Below, piece by piece: positions 16,342 to 26,760 of a stretch of 44,037 bases of DNA. Origin of the DNA: a virus; the IMG/VR virus record IMGVR_UViG_3300037258_000330, positions 1 to 44,037 of that record; one strand, written 5' to 3'. The notes below the pieces were generated by a model. That model made no database searches. It was not told where the DNA came from and was given only the letters and a program-made list of their open reading frames with translations. A program made the translations under genes and the position numbers. Within the stretch, counting starts at the first letter, position 1. Each line of letters begins with the position of its first letter.

Positions 16342-16863
16342 TCAGTAGCCTGCGCGGGTGGCGCCCCGTCCGAGGATCCCGGAGCGGAACTGGTTCGAAG
16401 TGATGCCGATCAGACTGCCGGGCGTGCTCTGGCCGAGCAGGATCGAGCGGATCTCGGGCTCGTGGCGGCGAAGGGTCACGACGATAAACGGCCGTCGCTT
16501 CATCTTCCGCGTGCCGAGCTCGAGCCAACGGCCGTATTTCACATTGGTCCCGACGCGGCCGATTACTGAGGGGCCGCCCATGCCGACGGGAACCAGCTCC
16601 CACATGATCATGTCGTGGAGATGGCCGGTCTGAGTGAAGGGCGGATTGCCCGGCCGGCTATGGGTGAAATTCCGGATGGTCAAGGTCTTCTTGAGAGCCT
16701 TGCCCTTCTTGCCGATCGGGTGATATACGAGCCTTCCCGACTGCTTGATTTCAGACTTGATCCAGCTCTGAAGTCGGATCGCCGCGGTCCGCGTGCGACG
16801 CTTCGTCTCGGCCTGATACTGCCGGATGAACTGATTGCCGAACCAGTCGACGCGCCCGGCCAC
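16342..16863 (-). CDS. HK97 gp10-family tail-completion / neck protein
   Basis: GTNVKYGRWLELGTRKMKRRPF matches the family signature. GTG start directly after the upstream TAA. Confidence 0.75.
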   Translation of the reverse strand: MAGRVDWFGNQFIRQYQAETKRRTRTAAIRLQSWIKSEIKQSGRLVYHPIGKKGKALKKTLTIRNFTHSRPGNPPFTQTGHLHDMIMWELVPVGMGGPSVIGRVGTNVKYGRWLELGTRKMKRRPFIVVTLRRHEPEIRSILLGQSTPGSLIGITSNQFRSGILGRGATRAGY

Positions 16864-17238
16864 TTACGCGCTCCCCTGCTCGGGGGGCACGCGGTACTCG
16901 CAGTCGACCAACCAGGTCGAAAACTCGCCGGTCGCCGTCCGGGGCGGGCCGATCACGGAGAGGACCTGCGCCGCGCCCAGCTCGGGGTCGACCCAGTTGA
17001 TCAGGTGCCGGATCTTGACGGCCGGCCGGCGGAAGAAATGGACGGTAAGGTATGTGACGCCCTCTTCACGCATGTGATCGGGCACGTCGCGCGAGCTCGC
17101 GGGGTGCACCCGGACAAAGTACTCCTCGCTCGGGTTGCCGGTCGCGGTCAAGACGCGGCCGCCGTCGCCGTCGACGGTGAACGTGGTCGGCTGGATCGTG
17201 ACGCAGTTGCGCGGGATCCGGGCGCTCGGGGGTCTCAC
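16864..17238 (-). CDS. Head closure (head-tail adaptor) protein
   Basis: The GTG at 17238 forms a GTGA overlap with the upstream stop. 124 aa. The pattern IPRNCVTIQPTTFTVDGDGG...FVRVHP...YLTVHFF is typical of SPP1 gp16-like proteins. Confidence 0.65.
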   Translation of the reverse strand: MRPPSARIPRNCVTIQPTTFTVDGDGGRVLTATGNPSEEYFVRVHPASSRDVPDHMREEGVTYLTVHFFRRPAVKIRHLINWVDPELGAAQVLSVIGPPRTATGEFSTWLVDCEYRVPPEQGSA

Positions 17239-18566
17239 GCGCGGGGGCTCCGGTACGGGGAGAGCTTGCCGATCACGGACTTGGGCAAGGAGTAGTTTTG
17301 AAAGGCGGTGTTGATCACGTACGATCGCGCGCCGTCCGACTCGGAGCCGAGGTTCTGGTCGATCGAGAGCTTGTGGAGCCAGTCGATCACGGTCTCGACG
17401 CAGGCGCTCTGGACGTCTTCCGGCACCACGTCCCATCCCGCGTCGTACGTCACGCGGAGCCCTTGCGGGCCGCCGTAGACCTGGCAATCGTCGAGGTCCG
17501 TCTGCAAGTAGATGCCGAACCGGGGCGAAGTGAACGGGTCATTGAGCTGCTCGCTCAGTGTGACGATGCCGGACCGTGCGTCGTAGATCACGGGCACGTC
17601 GTCGACGTGCTGCGAAAACCCGACCTGCGTCTGGAACCCGAGTGCCGGCTGCGTCCCCTGGCCGGCCCGGAACGCGGCCGTCGGCCGGAGTGCGTAGCCG
17701 TCGGCTACCGTGACGGACCAGCCATTGCCGAGGTTGGTGATGGCGGTCGCGAGTGCGGCGATCGTCGGATAGTCGGCCCAGGTGAGTGTCACCGACGTGG
17801 CGACGGCCGACGCCAGCCGGTAGAGGACGAGCCCCGTCGTCGCCGGCGAGACGTCGTCGACGTCCTCGACCGTGCCGTCGGTCTGGAGTGTGACGGTGGC
17901 GGCCTGGTTGGTGATGCTGTCCTGGTTCCAGACGGTCAAGACGACGGTCGGGTTGGTCTGCACCCGCGGCGGAGAGTTGATCGGGTACTGGCGCAAGAGG
18001 AACGTTCGGCTCGGCCAGTCGATCGTGTAGACCCCGTCGAAAGCGGGGATCACTCCCTTGGGGCCGCCGCGATTGAAATACCGGTTGCAAAGCCGGCGGA
18101 TCTGCCGGCTCGCCGACCGGGCGAGTGCGGGGAGGACCTGGACCTGGGCGGTGGTGAGCTGCATCCCGCCGGCGGCGAGCTGGGCGGCGAGCGCGTCCTG
18201 CGTCACGAGGTCGGTCGCCGTCCCCGAGCCGGGCGCGTCGAGGATCTCGAGCCGGGTCCCGCGCGGCAGGATCACGCCCGAGCGGCCGGAGCGCGTGGCC
18301 TTGGTGATGATCTGGTAGAGCGACGGCGGGAGGTCGGATGTGTCGCTGTCGTTGAACGTGATCGTGAACTGGCCGGCATCGGCGTCCGCCCAGGTCGTCG
18401 CCGGCGTGAGCAGGACCGGCTGGCCGTCGCCGGCCCAGACCTGGGTCGTGAGCGTGTCGCCATCGTCGAACACGCCGACGGCCGGCGTGCCGTCGCGGTT
18501 ACAGGCCTGCAAGGGATAGTCGCGCGACGTCCCCTGAATCAGCTTGAGCGTGAGGAACTTCGCCAT
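17235..18566 (-). CDS. Enlarged head-tail connector (gp6-like) with N-terminal Ig-like and inserted domains
   Basis: 443 aa. TDLVTQDALAAQL...QIRRLCNR and the C-terminal PEDVQSACVETVIDWL resemble gp6-like adaptors. RBS is GGGGGAGA. Confidence 0.7.
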   Translation of the reverse strand: MAKFLTLKLIQGTSRDYPLQACNRDGTPAVGVFDDGDTLTTQVWAGDGQPVLLTPATTWADADAGQFTITFNDSDTSDLPPSLYQIITKATRSGRSGVILPRGTRLEILDAPGSGTATDLVTQDALAAQLAAGGMQLTTAQVQVLPALARSASRQIRRLCNRYFNRGGPKGVIPAFDGVYTIDWPSRTFLLRQYPINSPPRVQTNPTVVLTVWNQDSITNQAATVTLQTDGTVEDVDDVSPATTGLVLYRLASAVATSVTLTWADYPTIAALATAITNLGNGWSVTVADGYALRPTAAFRAGQGTQPALGFQTQVGFSQHVDDVPVIYDARSGIVTLSEQLNDPFTSPRFGIYLQTDLDDCQVYGGPQGLRVTYDAGWDVVPEDVQSACVETVIDWLHKLSIDQNLGSESDGARSYVINTAFQNYSLPKSVIGKLSPYRSPRA

Positions 18567-18718
18567 CAGTCGTCTCCCCCGAACGGGTCATCGTCGGGCG
18601 CGAGCAACACGGCATAGAAGTCGCTGTCGAGCACGAGCGCGCCGGGGCCCGAGCCGGCCGGGCCCGGGAAGTAGGTCGCGGGGAAAAACGTGGCGGCGAA
18701 GTAGCTGCGCGGGAACAT
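18566..18718 (-). CDS. Unlisted 50-aa ORF (MFPRSYFAATFFPATYFPGPAGSGPGALVLDSDFYAVLLAPDDDPFGGDD)
   Basis: The ATG is 4 nt after the upstream stop. Its TGA overlaps the next ATG (TGATG). GC3 is very high. It is probably below the ORF-track size cutoff. Confidence 0.5.
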   Translation of the reverse strand: MFPRSYFAATFFPATYFPGPAGSGPGALVLDSDFYAVLLAPDDDPFGGDD

Positions 18719-18722
18719 GCGA

Positions 18723-19466
18723 TCATGCCGGGGGGTTGAGGGTGACGGCCGTGCGGTTGCCGTTGGCGTCGACGGTGGCGCTGATCCGGGTCGCCGAATT
18801 GGCTGGATTTTTGATGGTGATCGTGCTCGCGCCGCCGGTCGCGCCGGAGAGCACTGAGGCGACCGCGTCGAGGATCAGGGCCAGGGCCTGGCGGGCGTTG
18901 ATGCCGGTCTCGGCGACGACCTGGTCGAGGCCGGCGGAGTCGAGCTCGTAAGCGGTCTTGTCGTTGTTGGTGCCGACCGTCACGGGATCCGTGACGCTGG
19001 CGACGGAGCCGGCGACGTTGCCGCCGACATTTCCCGTCACGGATCCCACTGCCCCTGTGACGGAGCCCACCGAACCGGTAACCGAGCCGACGGCACCCGT
19101 CACGGACGCGACCGCGCCGCCGGCATAGGTTGACCGGCTCGAGACCGTCGCATCAATGTTCGTGATCCCGAAGTTGCTCGCCGTCGTCGGGTCGCACGCC
19201 GTGAAGACGAGCGTTTTCTCGACCGCGATCATGCCCGTCATCGTGAACAGGTACGAGCCCTCGTTGGCGTTCGTATCGGCCTGCGAAAGCGCGAACCAGT
19301 ACTGGCCGTTGCCCTTGTCCGCCACGCTCCCGGTGGCGCTCGCCTGGGCGCCGCCGTCGAGGACGCGATAGGCCGCAAAGCCCGTGGTCCCGGTCATCGT
19401 CTCGCCGGACGAGATCGCGATCGCCGCGAACCCGACGCCCTGGCTGGCGGTGTTTTTGCGATACAT
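18723..19466 (-). CDS. Fibre-like protein with (V/A)GSVTG hexapeptide repeats
   Basis: The internal ATG 19466 overlaps the giant gene's stop (TGATG). It contains GAVASVTGAVGSVTGSVGSVTGAVGSVTGNVGGNVAGSVASVT. Confidence 0.75.
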   Translation of the reverse strand: MYRKNTASQGVGFAAIAISSGETMTGTTGFAAYRVLDGGAQASATGSVADKGNGQYWFALSQADTNANEGSYLFTMTGMIAVEKTLVFTACDPTTASNFGITNIDATVSSRSTYAGGAVASVTGAVGSVTGSVGSVTGAVGSVTGNVGGNVAGSVASVTDPVTVGTNNDKTAYELDSAGLDQVVAETGINARQALALILDAVASVLSGATGGASTITIKNPANSATRISATVDANGNRTAVTLNPPA

Positions 19467-22400
19467 CAGTAGATCCCAATCCCGCACGTGCGCGAAAAAG
19501 TGGTGCAGGCCCAGTAAGGGCTGAACACGGGGCCGGCGGCGTAGTAGGTCTGGGCGCCGAATTCCTGCGAGACCAGCGACCGGAGATCGAGGCCCGTGTT
19601 CTCGTCGTCGGAGCCGGTGCCGGCGGCCGTCTCACCGCACCAGACGGCCTGCCAGAGCTCGTTCCGGCCCTGGCCGTTCTGCTCGTCCAGCGTGAACCGG
19701 TTCCAGCCGGAGACCCCGCAGTTTTGCTCGAGGTTTTGCTGCCAGGCGAGCTCGAGCTGATAGAACCGCGGGTTGCGGATGACGGCGATCGCGCGCCGGG
19801 CCATGCGGGTCGTGTTGTGCGGCTCGCCGCCCGAATTCGGATCTTCGTTGCCGCGCGCCAGCGCCTCGGCGCCGCCCTCATAGCAGACCAGCTTGACCCC
19901 GGAGAAATACGAGCCGTAGGGACTGATGGCGAGCGCGTCGAGATGGGCTTTCGTCAGCGCGTACGTGTTCCCGTGCAGGAATGCCAACACGTTGACGTCG
20001 AACAAGTCGTCGTCCGAGAGCTCGTCGAACCGGTCCGGCGAGATCGGATCGTAGTCGGAGCCGGCCGGCCAGATATCCTGGTACACGGCGGTCGAGAGCC
20101 AGTCGAACGTGAGGTTGTTGTTGTAGCACCAGGCCGCGATCTGCGAGGTGACCGTCCCCTGGCCGGCGCCCGAGCCCATCACGCGGATGATCCGGGTCGG
20201 GTCGAACCCCGTCGTGGCGTAGTCACTGCCGCCGACCGTCACGGTGATGCCCGTCACGACGCCGCCCGCGACCGTCGCCGTGGCCGTCGCGCCGGTACCG
20301 GCGCCGCCCAGGATCGTCACGGTGGGGGCAGTGGTGTAGCCGGTACCGCCATGGTTCACAGTGATGCCCGTCACGACGCCGCCGGCGACCGTCGCCGTGG
20401 CGATCGCGCCCGTGCCATAGCCATTGATCCGGACCTCGGGGATTCCCGTCGCACCGGCCCGGACCTGGTTGTGGCGATAGACGGCCTGCCGGGCGTAGGC
20501 CGACGGCGTGTCGGTCACGTTCGCGCCCTGGGCGCCGCTCGTCGTGGTCCAGAGGTAGTACTGGTAGCGCTGGACCCAGGTGAAATAAGACCAGTTGCCG
20601 GGCCCGGAATTGTTCCAGGTCTCGTTCGCCATCTCAACGGCCAGCGTCTGGCCCGATGGCAGGTTCGCCGCGGCATACTGGCCCAGGCTGTTCGCGTAGG
20701 CATCAGTGCCGAAACGCGGAATGCAGATCCAGGGGATCATGCTGACTTCGTTGGCGACCGTGATGAAGTCGGCCGGTGGGATGCCCGCGCCGTAGGCGCA
20801 GGTGTAGGTCCCGTCGCCGTCGGGCGTCTGGCTCTCGGTCAAGGTGATCGCCGAGCCGTCGCCGGGGACCGCCACCGTCGTGTAGCCCTGGAAGATGACG
20901 TTCAGATCGTCGACGACGATACAGTCGCCCTGCAGGGGGCCGCTGAACACGTCGACCAGGATCACGGTGCCCCCGTCGCCGGCACCCGTGCAGGGATAAG
21001 AGAGCGTACCGTTGTTGAACCAGATCCGGCGCTGTGTGCCGGCCGGGCCGAGCCCGTGCGGCGTGCTTGCGTCGAACACGGCCAGAACCAAGCACTGCCC
21101 GTTCGTCGGCGGTGCGACGGCCGTGGCCAGGGCGAGCGCCGTATCGTTGCTCGTGATCGGCGCGAACGTCTTCACCGGGCCGCCGAACGAGCCGGCGTTG
21201 CCGGGGTAGACGATGTCGGCCGAGTTGTGGTGATCGGTCCACTCAGCGACGTTGCAGAAGCTCGCGATCTCGCTCGCGTCGAGGTTCCGGATGCAGCCGC
21301 CGCGGAAGTTGCCGGCGAGCCGGTTGTACGTGTCCCGATCGGTGAGGTTGGTCCAGGTGTGGTCGGTGCCGGGGGGATAGATCCGGAGGTTGTGGATGTA
21401 GTCGTTGGCGTTGCCGCCCGACGTGCAGGTGAGCAGGAGCTGCTGGTTGAAGACCGGCTGGAGACCGTAGCTCGGCGTCTGCGTGAGGACGATGTTCGTG
21501 CCCGGCCCGCCCGTGTAGGCCGGCTCCGAGACCGTCACGGCCGTACCGTAGCCGCCCGCAAGATAGACCGTCGGACTGCCCGGGGTGTCGAACACGAACG
21601 TCCAGGCGCCCGTCACGCGGGCCGTCGCGGAACACCAGCCGTCGATGCCGTTGCCAAAGTCGGGGTCGCCCCACGACGAGATGAAGATCATCGTCGCCGA
21701 CTGGCCCGACGTCGTCGGGGCCGAGTTGAGCTCGCCGTGGCTGTCGAACCCCCAGGCGTGGCCGTTTGCAGACCACCCCTCGGCCGCCTTGGCCCGGTTC
21801 GCGAGCACGAGACACGGATAGCCATCGCCGATCTGGCCGAGGTTGTACCCTTGCTTCATGTCGCGCGGGAGCGTGTCGTCGAACGGCATCACGTCGGTGT
21901 CGGCATACACCGGGATCGTCAAGTCGGCGACCGGGCCCGTGGTGCCGGCCGTGGTGGTGATCCAGGCGTCGGGCGCGTTCAGGACGACCGTGTCGCCCGA
22001 GCTGACGGCCGGCGTCACGACCCGCTTCACGCGGATCGCGTCGGCGAAGAGCCGGCCCGAGCTGTTCTGGTTCGTGAGCGTGACGCTCGCCGTGGTGCCG
22101 GCCAGCGTGATCGTCGTCAGCTCCTCCCAACGGTAGACCATGTCCGCGTCGTCGAAGTTGTACGTGGTCGCCGTGAAGTCCCTCGATGCGGTGTGCGTCG
22201 TCGTGCCGTCGGTGATGGTGTAGAGGGCGCTCGTCGTGCCGGCGCCGCCGTAGTACTGGCCGTTCGGGGCGCCCGCGATGCCGAGGTAGAAGTCGGGCGT
22301 GTTGCGGTAGAACGCGTACGTGCCGCCGGCGACGAGCCCGGTGAAGCTCCACACGGCCGTGTCGGTGTGAACGTCGGAGTACTGGAGCGACCCCGCGCCC

Positions 22401-24751
22401 TTGTCGGCGAACGTGAAGAGCTGCCAGTGGGCCGAGGCGTCGCTCGTCGCCGTCCAGGTCCCGGTCAGGGTGCAGGCGGCGTCGGCATCGTCGACGATGA
22501 ACACATACTGGGGCGTGCCGAAGAACGACCAGAAGAAATTCGTGACCCCGTAGTTGGTCGGAAACACCGCGCTGTTGACGGCGACCGGGATCGGGTCGCC
22601 GCCGTTGATCGTCACGGTCGCGCCCGTGGTGTTGACGGCCGTCACCGGGACCGCTTCGCCGGCCGTGAACCCGTCCGGCGGCGTGCTCGTCGTCTCGGTG
22701 AACCCGACCAGGAGGTTGCCGCCGGGGTAGATGCCGACCGACGCGAGCTGCGCCGTGACCGCGACGACGGTGTAGGGCAAGCCGACCGGGAGCAAGCTCG
22801 ACCCGTTCGTGACCGTGATCGTCTCCCCCTGCGGGGGCGTGATACTGCCGGGCACGCTGAGCGTGCTCGTCGCCGTGGCATCGCCCGATGACGTCAGCGT
22901 GAGCGTCGAGGGGGTCCACGTGCCGCTGGTCGTGTCGGTGGGCGTGAACGTGACCGACGAGCCGAAGGGCGCGCTGTTGAGCCAGGAGAGCGTGAGCGTG
23001 ATGTTGCCGGGGCTATGCGCGTTGCCACTCCCACTGAGGACGCCGACGGCGGCGAACGGCGGATTCAACGGCGGGCCGGCCGCAACCACTGCGCCCGCCG
23101 TCGGCACGGCCGAGAGGACGGTCTTGATGCCGATCTCGGGGTTGGCGCCCAGCATGTTCAATACGTCGAGCTGGACATACTGGTCGGTGGCCTCGCCCGT
23201 GCTCTGCCTGCCGGCCTCGATCACCTCGGCGGGGAAGTACTTGCCGAGGTTGTCACTATCGCTGCCGGAGTAGCCGGTCGTCAGGACCTGGCCGCCGTTG
23301 GGCACGCCGTCGGGCCAGAGTGGCTGCAATGACCAGAGCGCGAAGTTGGCGTAGGCCGCGCCGGCCATGCCGACCAGGGTTGCGCTCGGCTGCGCGCCGA
23401 TCGTCAAGTCGGCCGTCGTCGACGCCGTCAGCGCCGGTACCGAGCCGGTGTAGACCTCGGTCAGTCCCGATCCCTTCGTGAGGGTGGTGTAGATCGAGTT
23501 CGTGGGGTCGGCGAAGTAGAGGTTGAGCAGGCCGCCGCCCGAGCCCATGCCGTTGCCCGAACCCCAGTCCCAACTGAGGAACAGCCAGTTGCTGCCGGAG
23601 CCGTAGGCCGAGAGCGTATCGGCCGTCGTCTGCCATTCCTGGTGCTGCGAGCCGGCCGCGTTGACGTAGAAATCGAGGTAGTTGGCGGAGCCGCTCGTGT
23701 CGTAACTGAGCTTGAACACATCGTTCGTCGTCGTCCCGTCGACCTGGCTCACGAGCGGCATCGACGTGACGCCGCCCGGGAACGTGGTCGAGCCGGACGC
23801 AAGCTTGACGGCGATATGTCCGCTGAACTGAGAGAGCCCGCAGAGGACCTGGTCGGCCCCCATATTCAGACAGTCGGTACCGGCCGTCATCGACCGGGCG
23901 AGCGTGCTGGTACCCAGGAAGATCGGCGCGTCGGCCGTGTGGGTCGGAAGGTCGGTCGACGCGAACGTGATCACGTCCGAAGTGCCCGAGCCGGGCGCGG
24001 TGTAAGTGGTCGAGGCGCCCGAGCTGGTGGACAGGCTGCCGTTGACGACCGAAATCACGATCGTCTCGTTGGGCAATCCCGCGAAGGTGAAGGCCCGGGT
24101 ACCGCCGAGGGCGACCGCCGCGGCCGGCGGCGTGATTGCGGCCGAGGGGCCGCCGATCGCGCCGGCCCAGAGGGTCCGGCAGATGTCGCTGCCCATGCCG
24201 GCGTTGTCGATGAACACGCCGGCACTGCCGGTCGCCGTGATCCGGTCCGAGTCGCTATCGGCGTAGGTCAGGACGAGCGCGCCGTTGTAATAGATGTCGA
24301 GCGTGACGGTCGCGCCGGTGCCGGCGGCCGTGATCGAGCACACATCGCCGGCCGCGACCGTGGGGATCGTGGTGTTGTCGACAAGCAGGGTGGCCGACCC
24401 CGCGATCGTGCGGAAGAGACGAACGACCGAGGTGCCGGGCGTCATGCAGGCGAGATAGCAATTGACTGCGCCGTCGGAGCCGCTCGCACGGACGGTGGGC
24501 CCGCAGATGCCGGTGACCGAGCCGACCATCGCCGATCCGCAGACCCAGCTCGACTGATACGCCGAGCCGGGCGGCGTCCAGCTCGAATACATATAATAGG
24601 TCGTGTTATCCGTAGGCGACGTGATCGCGCCGCTGCCGCTGAGTGTGATCTCCGTGGCGCCGGACGGACCCCAGGTGACGCCGCCGCCGCTGTCGGGGGT
24701 GTGGTCGACAAGGTTGCCGGTGCCGTTGAAGAGGTCGAAAAAGTCGGCCAT
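19466..24751 (-). CDS. Giant virion-associated protein (1761 aa): N-terminal lectin/ConA-like fibre domain, multiple beta domains, C-terminal (beta/alpha)8 glycosidase-like region with two 33-aa tandem repeats
   Basis: The frame is uninterrupted with protein-like composition (Thr/Gly/Ser/Ala-rich). [12 protein letters not shown] and LVCYEGGAE resemble clan GH-A acid/base and nucleophile strands. The repeats are [18 protein letters not shown]. Confidence 0.85.
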   Translation of the reverse strand: MADFFDLFNGTGNLVDHTPDSGGGVTWGPSGATEITLSGSGAITSPTDNTTYYMYSSWTPPGSAYQSSWVCGSAMVGSVTGICGPTVRASGSDGAVNCYLACMTPGTSVVRLFRTIAGSATLLVDNTTIPTVAAGDVCSITAAGTGATVTLDIYYNGALVLTYADSDSDRITATGSAGVFIDNAGMGSDICRTLWAGAIGGPSAAITPPAAAVALGGTRAFTFAGLPNETIVISVVNGSLSTSSGASTTYTAPGSGTSDVITFASTDLPTHTADAPIFLGTSTLARSMTAGTDCLNMGADQVLCGLSQFSGHIAVKLASGSTTFPGGVTSMPLVSQVDGTTTNDVFKLSYDTSGSANYLDFYVNAAGSQHQEWQTTADTLSAYGSGSNWLFLSWDWGSGNGMGSGGGLLNLYFADPTNSIYTTLTKGSGLTEVYTGSVPALTASTTADLTIGAQPSATLVGMAGAAYANFALWSLQPLWPDGVPNGGQVLTTGYSGSDSDNLGKYFPAEVIEAGRQSTGEATDQYVQLDVLNMLGANPEIGIKTVLSAVPTAGAVVAAGPPLNPPFAAVGVLSGSGNAHSPGNITLTLSWLNSAPFGSSVTFTPTDTTSGTWTPSTLTLTSSGDATATSTLSVPGSITPPQGETITVTNGSSLLPVGLPYTVVAVTAQLASVGIYPGGNLLVGFTETTSTPPDGFTAGEAVPVTAVNTTGATVTINGGDPIPVAVNSAVFPTNYGVTNFFWSFFGTPQYVFIVDDADAACTLTGTWTATSDASAHWQLFTFADKGAGSLQYSDVHTDTAVWSFTGLVAGGTYAFYRNTPDFYLGIAGAPNGQYYGGAGTTSALYTITDGTTTHTASRDFTATTYNFDDADMVYRWEELTTITLAGTTASVTLTNQNSSGRLFADAIRVKRVVTPAVSSGDTVVLNAPDAWITTTAGTTGPVADLTIPVYADTDVMPFDDTLPRDMKQGYNLGQIGDGYPCLVLANRAKAAEGWSANGHAWGFDSHGELNSAPTTSGQSATMIFISSWGDPDFGNGIDGWCSATARVTGAWTFVFDTPGSPTVYLAGGYGTAVTVSEPAYTGGPGTNIVLTQTPSYGLQPVFNQQLLLTCTSGGNANDYIHNLRIYPPGTDHTWTNLTDRDTYNRLAGNFRGGCIRNLDASEIASFCNVAEWTDHHNSADIVYPGNAGSFGGPVKTFAPITSNDTALALATAVAPPTNGQCLVLAVFDASTPHGLGPAGTQRRIWFNNGTLSYPCTGAGDGGTVILVDVFSGPLQGDCIVVDDLNVIFQGYTTVAVPGDGSAITLTESQTPDGDGTYTCAYGAGIPPADFITVANEVSMIPWICIPRFGTDAYANSLGQYAAANLPSGQTLAVEMANETWNNSGPGNWSYFTWVQRYQYYLWTTTSGAQGANVTDTPSAYARQAVYRHNQVRAGATGIPEVRINGYGTGAIATATVAGGVVTGITVNHGGTGYTTAPTVTILGGAGTGATATATVAGGVVTGITVTVGGSDYATTGFDPTRIIRVMGSGAGQGTVTSQIAAWCYNNNLTFDWLSTAVYQDIWPAGSDYDPISPDRFDELSDDDLFDVNVLAFLHGNTYALTKAHLDALAISPYGSYFSGVKLVCYEGGAEALARGNEDPNSGGEPHNTTRMARRAIAVIRNPRFYQLELAWQQNLEQNCGVSGWNRFTLDEQNGQGRNELWQAVWCGETAAGTGSDDENTGLDLRSLVSQEFGAQTYYAAGPVFSPYWACTTFSRTCGIGIY

Positions 24752-24782
24752 GGAATCCCGGAGAGAGAGACGAGAGAGGGCC

Positions 24783-24806
24783 GGCCGGTCGGGTGATCGA
24801 CCGGCC
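24783..24806 (-). promoter_or_regulatory. Intercistronic 9-bp GC hairpin between the 145-aa gene and the giant gene
   Basis: GGCCGGTCG / CGACCGGCC with a 6-nt loop, followed on the minus strand by a C/T-rich run. Confidence 0.4.
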
Positions 24807-24820
24807 CGGGGAAGATCCGA

Positions 24821-25258
24821 TCAGGCGACGAGCGTTTGCGTCGGGGTGACGACGTTGTAGTCGCTCGAGGGGTAATAGCCGGCCGTGCCCAGGACGACGG
24901 CCGAGACCTGCGATGCCGCGGTGCCGACCGTGATCACGAGCTCGACGTTCGGGCCCAGGTTCTGGGCCGCCAAGGTCTCGGCCCGGAGCTCGACCAATAC
25001 CAGGTTGGTGGACCCGGTCGTGATCTGGGTGATGGTGGTGCCGGTCACGGCGACGTAGCTCGAGCTCGAGTTGATCGCCTTGAACTGCACGTCGACGGTC
25101 GCGGACGAGCCGAGCGCGCCGATGTTGACGATCGCCACGATCCGGCGGAAGAGCTTGGTGTTGAAGGGCCCGACCGTGTGGGCCGCGGCCGAGAGGCTCG
25201 ACGGAGCGAGCTGGCCGAGGACGGCGAGCGCTTCCGTGATGTTCTCGTTGTATTGCAT
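24821..25258 (-). CDS. Capsid-associated (decoration-like) protein
   Basis: 145 aa and beta-rich, immediately downstream of the major capsid gene. The function is positional. Confidence 0.65.
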   Translation of the reverse strand: MQYNENITEALAVLGQLAPSSLSAAAHTVGPFNTKLFRRIVAIVNIGALGSSATVDVQFKAINSSSSYVAVTGTTITQITTGSTNLVLVELRAETLAAQNLGPNVELVITVGTAASQVSAVVLGTAGYYPSSDYNVVTPTQTLVA

Positions 25259-25305
25259 GTGGATTCACCCGCGCGATGGAGGAAGTGTGTAGGAGGGAGA
25301 GAGCG

Positions 25306-25335
25306 CGCCGGCCCGGCCAGGCGGCCGAGCCGGCG
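25306..25335 (-). promoter_or_regulatory. Hairpin directly downstream of the major capsid gene
   Basis: CGCCGGC / GCCGGCG 7-bp stem with an internally paired loop. Confidence 0.35.
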
Positions 25336-25344
25336 GCGGTTGGA

Positions 25345-26760
25345 TCAGGAGTGCGTGGCCGAAGTGCCGACGAAGCCGGAGACCTGGTTGCTTTGCGTCC
25401 CGTCCGCGAGGTAGTAAGGCGCGATCTGGCCGGGCTTGCCGTCGTTGCGGATCTTCGCGCGAATCGCGATCTGGTCGGTGTCGAACAGGAAGTGCTCGGA
25501 CAGGCCGATCTCCAAACCCGACCGGCGGCCGACCCAGTACTTCTTACGGTCGATTAGCATCAGGTCGCAGGCGTCGCCCAGGACCGGCGCTTTTTCCGAC
25601 GCGTAGAGCTGCCAGCCGAGGAACACTCCGGACGGCCGGTAGGCCAGGCCGCCGGCGGCGACGGCGCCGACGCCGGGCGTGGCGACGATCGTCGAATAGG
25701 GGATGAAGATGAACCGCCCCGAGGGATCCTGCATCGTCTCGAGCTGGTACAGCGTGTAGGGGTGACAGACCCAGCACGGCGACATCGGGTTCTGTGCGAA
25801 CCGCGTCTTCATCGTGAAGACGTCCTGGTACAGGATCTCGTCGTTGGTGTTTCGGTCCACCAGGAGCATCGCCGGCGAGTTGGTCACACCCAAGAATTGC
25901 CCCGCGCCATTGCCCTGAAACGACTCCCAATCCTCGCGCCAGCCGATGGCGCCGCCAATCATCCGGATCGCGTACGCGTCCATGCCCGACGCATCGTAGA
26001 TCAGGTCGCGGGACAGCTCGGTCAGGGCCGTCAGGTCCTGCGCCAGCATCTGGATTTTCTTGAGCGCGAAATCGGTCTCGGTGCGCTGGACCTTTTCGCC
26101 CTTCCGGTAGACCTGCACGCCGCCGTACCAGGCGCTCTGCCCCAGGACCGGAGCCGTGAACTGGTTCAACGCCGTGTACTCGACCTGGCGCGCGGCGAGC
26201 GGCTTGACGTCGGCCGCCGGCACGATGATCTCTTCCTCGGCCGCGACCTCGAAGAACATCGACTCATAAACGACCGGCGTGGCGTAGCCACCGGTCGAGC
26301 CGGCGCCTTCCGCCATGTTCCGGCTCGAGCCGTACCCGCCCTCTTCCCAGGGCCGGCAAAGCTCCTCGTGGGCATTGCGGCACTCGTCGGCATCGCGCGA
26401 GCCGAGGGCCTCGATCACGGTCCGCACGAAATGCCCGGGGCCGGCCCGGCGGCGGTCGATCTCCTGCGACCCGGAATCGATCCGGCCGTTGAACTCGATC
26501 CCGCCGTTCGAGGCGACGAGCTGGCGGGGACGAGCGAGCGGGCCCTGGCTCGCGCCGAGCTGGCTCCGGGTCCGGTCGGCCTGGGCCTGGATCAGGGGTT
26601 GCAACTGCGCCACGGCCATTGCGGCCGCGCGCTGCGCGGGATCTTCGGGGGCCGCCTCGGCGACGCCGAGGGCGACGTAATTCTGGGCGATGGCGTCCGC
26701 GACGTCGGCGAACGAGCCACTCTTGGCCGTGCCGATATCACGGATGAACTTGATCCACAT
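25345..26760 (-). CDS. Major capsid protein, HK97 fold, with N-terminal delta/scaffold-like region
   Basis: STGGYATPVVYE followed by a typical HK97-family body. The ATG at 26760 is preferred over the GTG at 26835 because the first 25 codons have poor codon bias. Confidence 0.85.
   Translation of the reverse strand: MWIKFIRDIGTAKSGSFADVADAIAQNYVALGVAEAAPEDPAQRAAAMAVAQLQPLIQAQADRTRSQLGASQGPLARPRQLVASNGGIEFNGRIDSGSQEIDRRRAGPGHFVRTVIEALGSRDADECRNAHEELCRPWEEGGYGSSRNMAEGAGSTGGYATPVVYESMFFEVAAEEEIIVPAADVKPLAARQVEYTALNQFTAPVLGQSAWYGGVQVYRKGEKVQRTETDFALKKIQMLAQDLTALTELSRDLIYDASGMDAYAIRMIGGAIGWREDWESFQGNGAGQFLGVTNSPAMLLVDRNTNDEILYQDVFTMKTRFAQNPMSPCWVCHPYTLYQLETMQDPSGRFIFIPYSTIVATPGVGAVAAGGLAYRPSGVFLGWQLYASEKAPVLGDACDLMLIDRKKYWVGRRSGLEIGLSEHFLFDTDQIAIRAKIRNDGKPGQIAPYYLADGTQSNQVSGFVGTSATHS

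Noticed and set aside
20238-20400. Two near-identical ~50-nt segments about 110 nt apart as a possible DGR template/variable repeat pair
   Set aside because: I found no reverse transcriptase (no YxDD-type ORF) anywhere. The few mismatches are not adenine-specific (A/G, G/C, GA/CG). The segments simply encode two tandem 33-aa protein repeats.
19724-22891. 1055-aa plus-strand ORF (and 21243..22919, 20703..21242 minus-strand alternates)
   Set aside because: It is antisense or out of frame relative to the 1761-aa gene. The Arg/Gly/Asp/Val-rich composition is typical of open non-coding frames in high-GC DNA.
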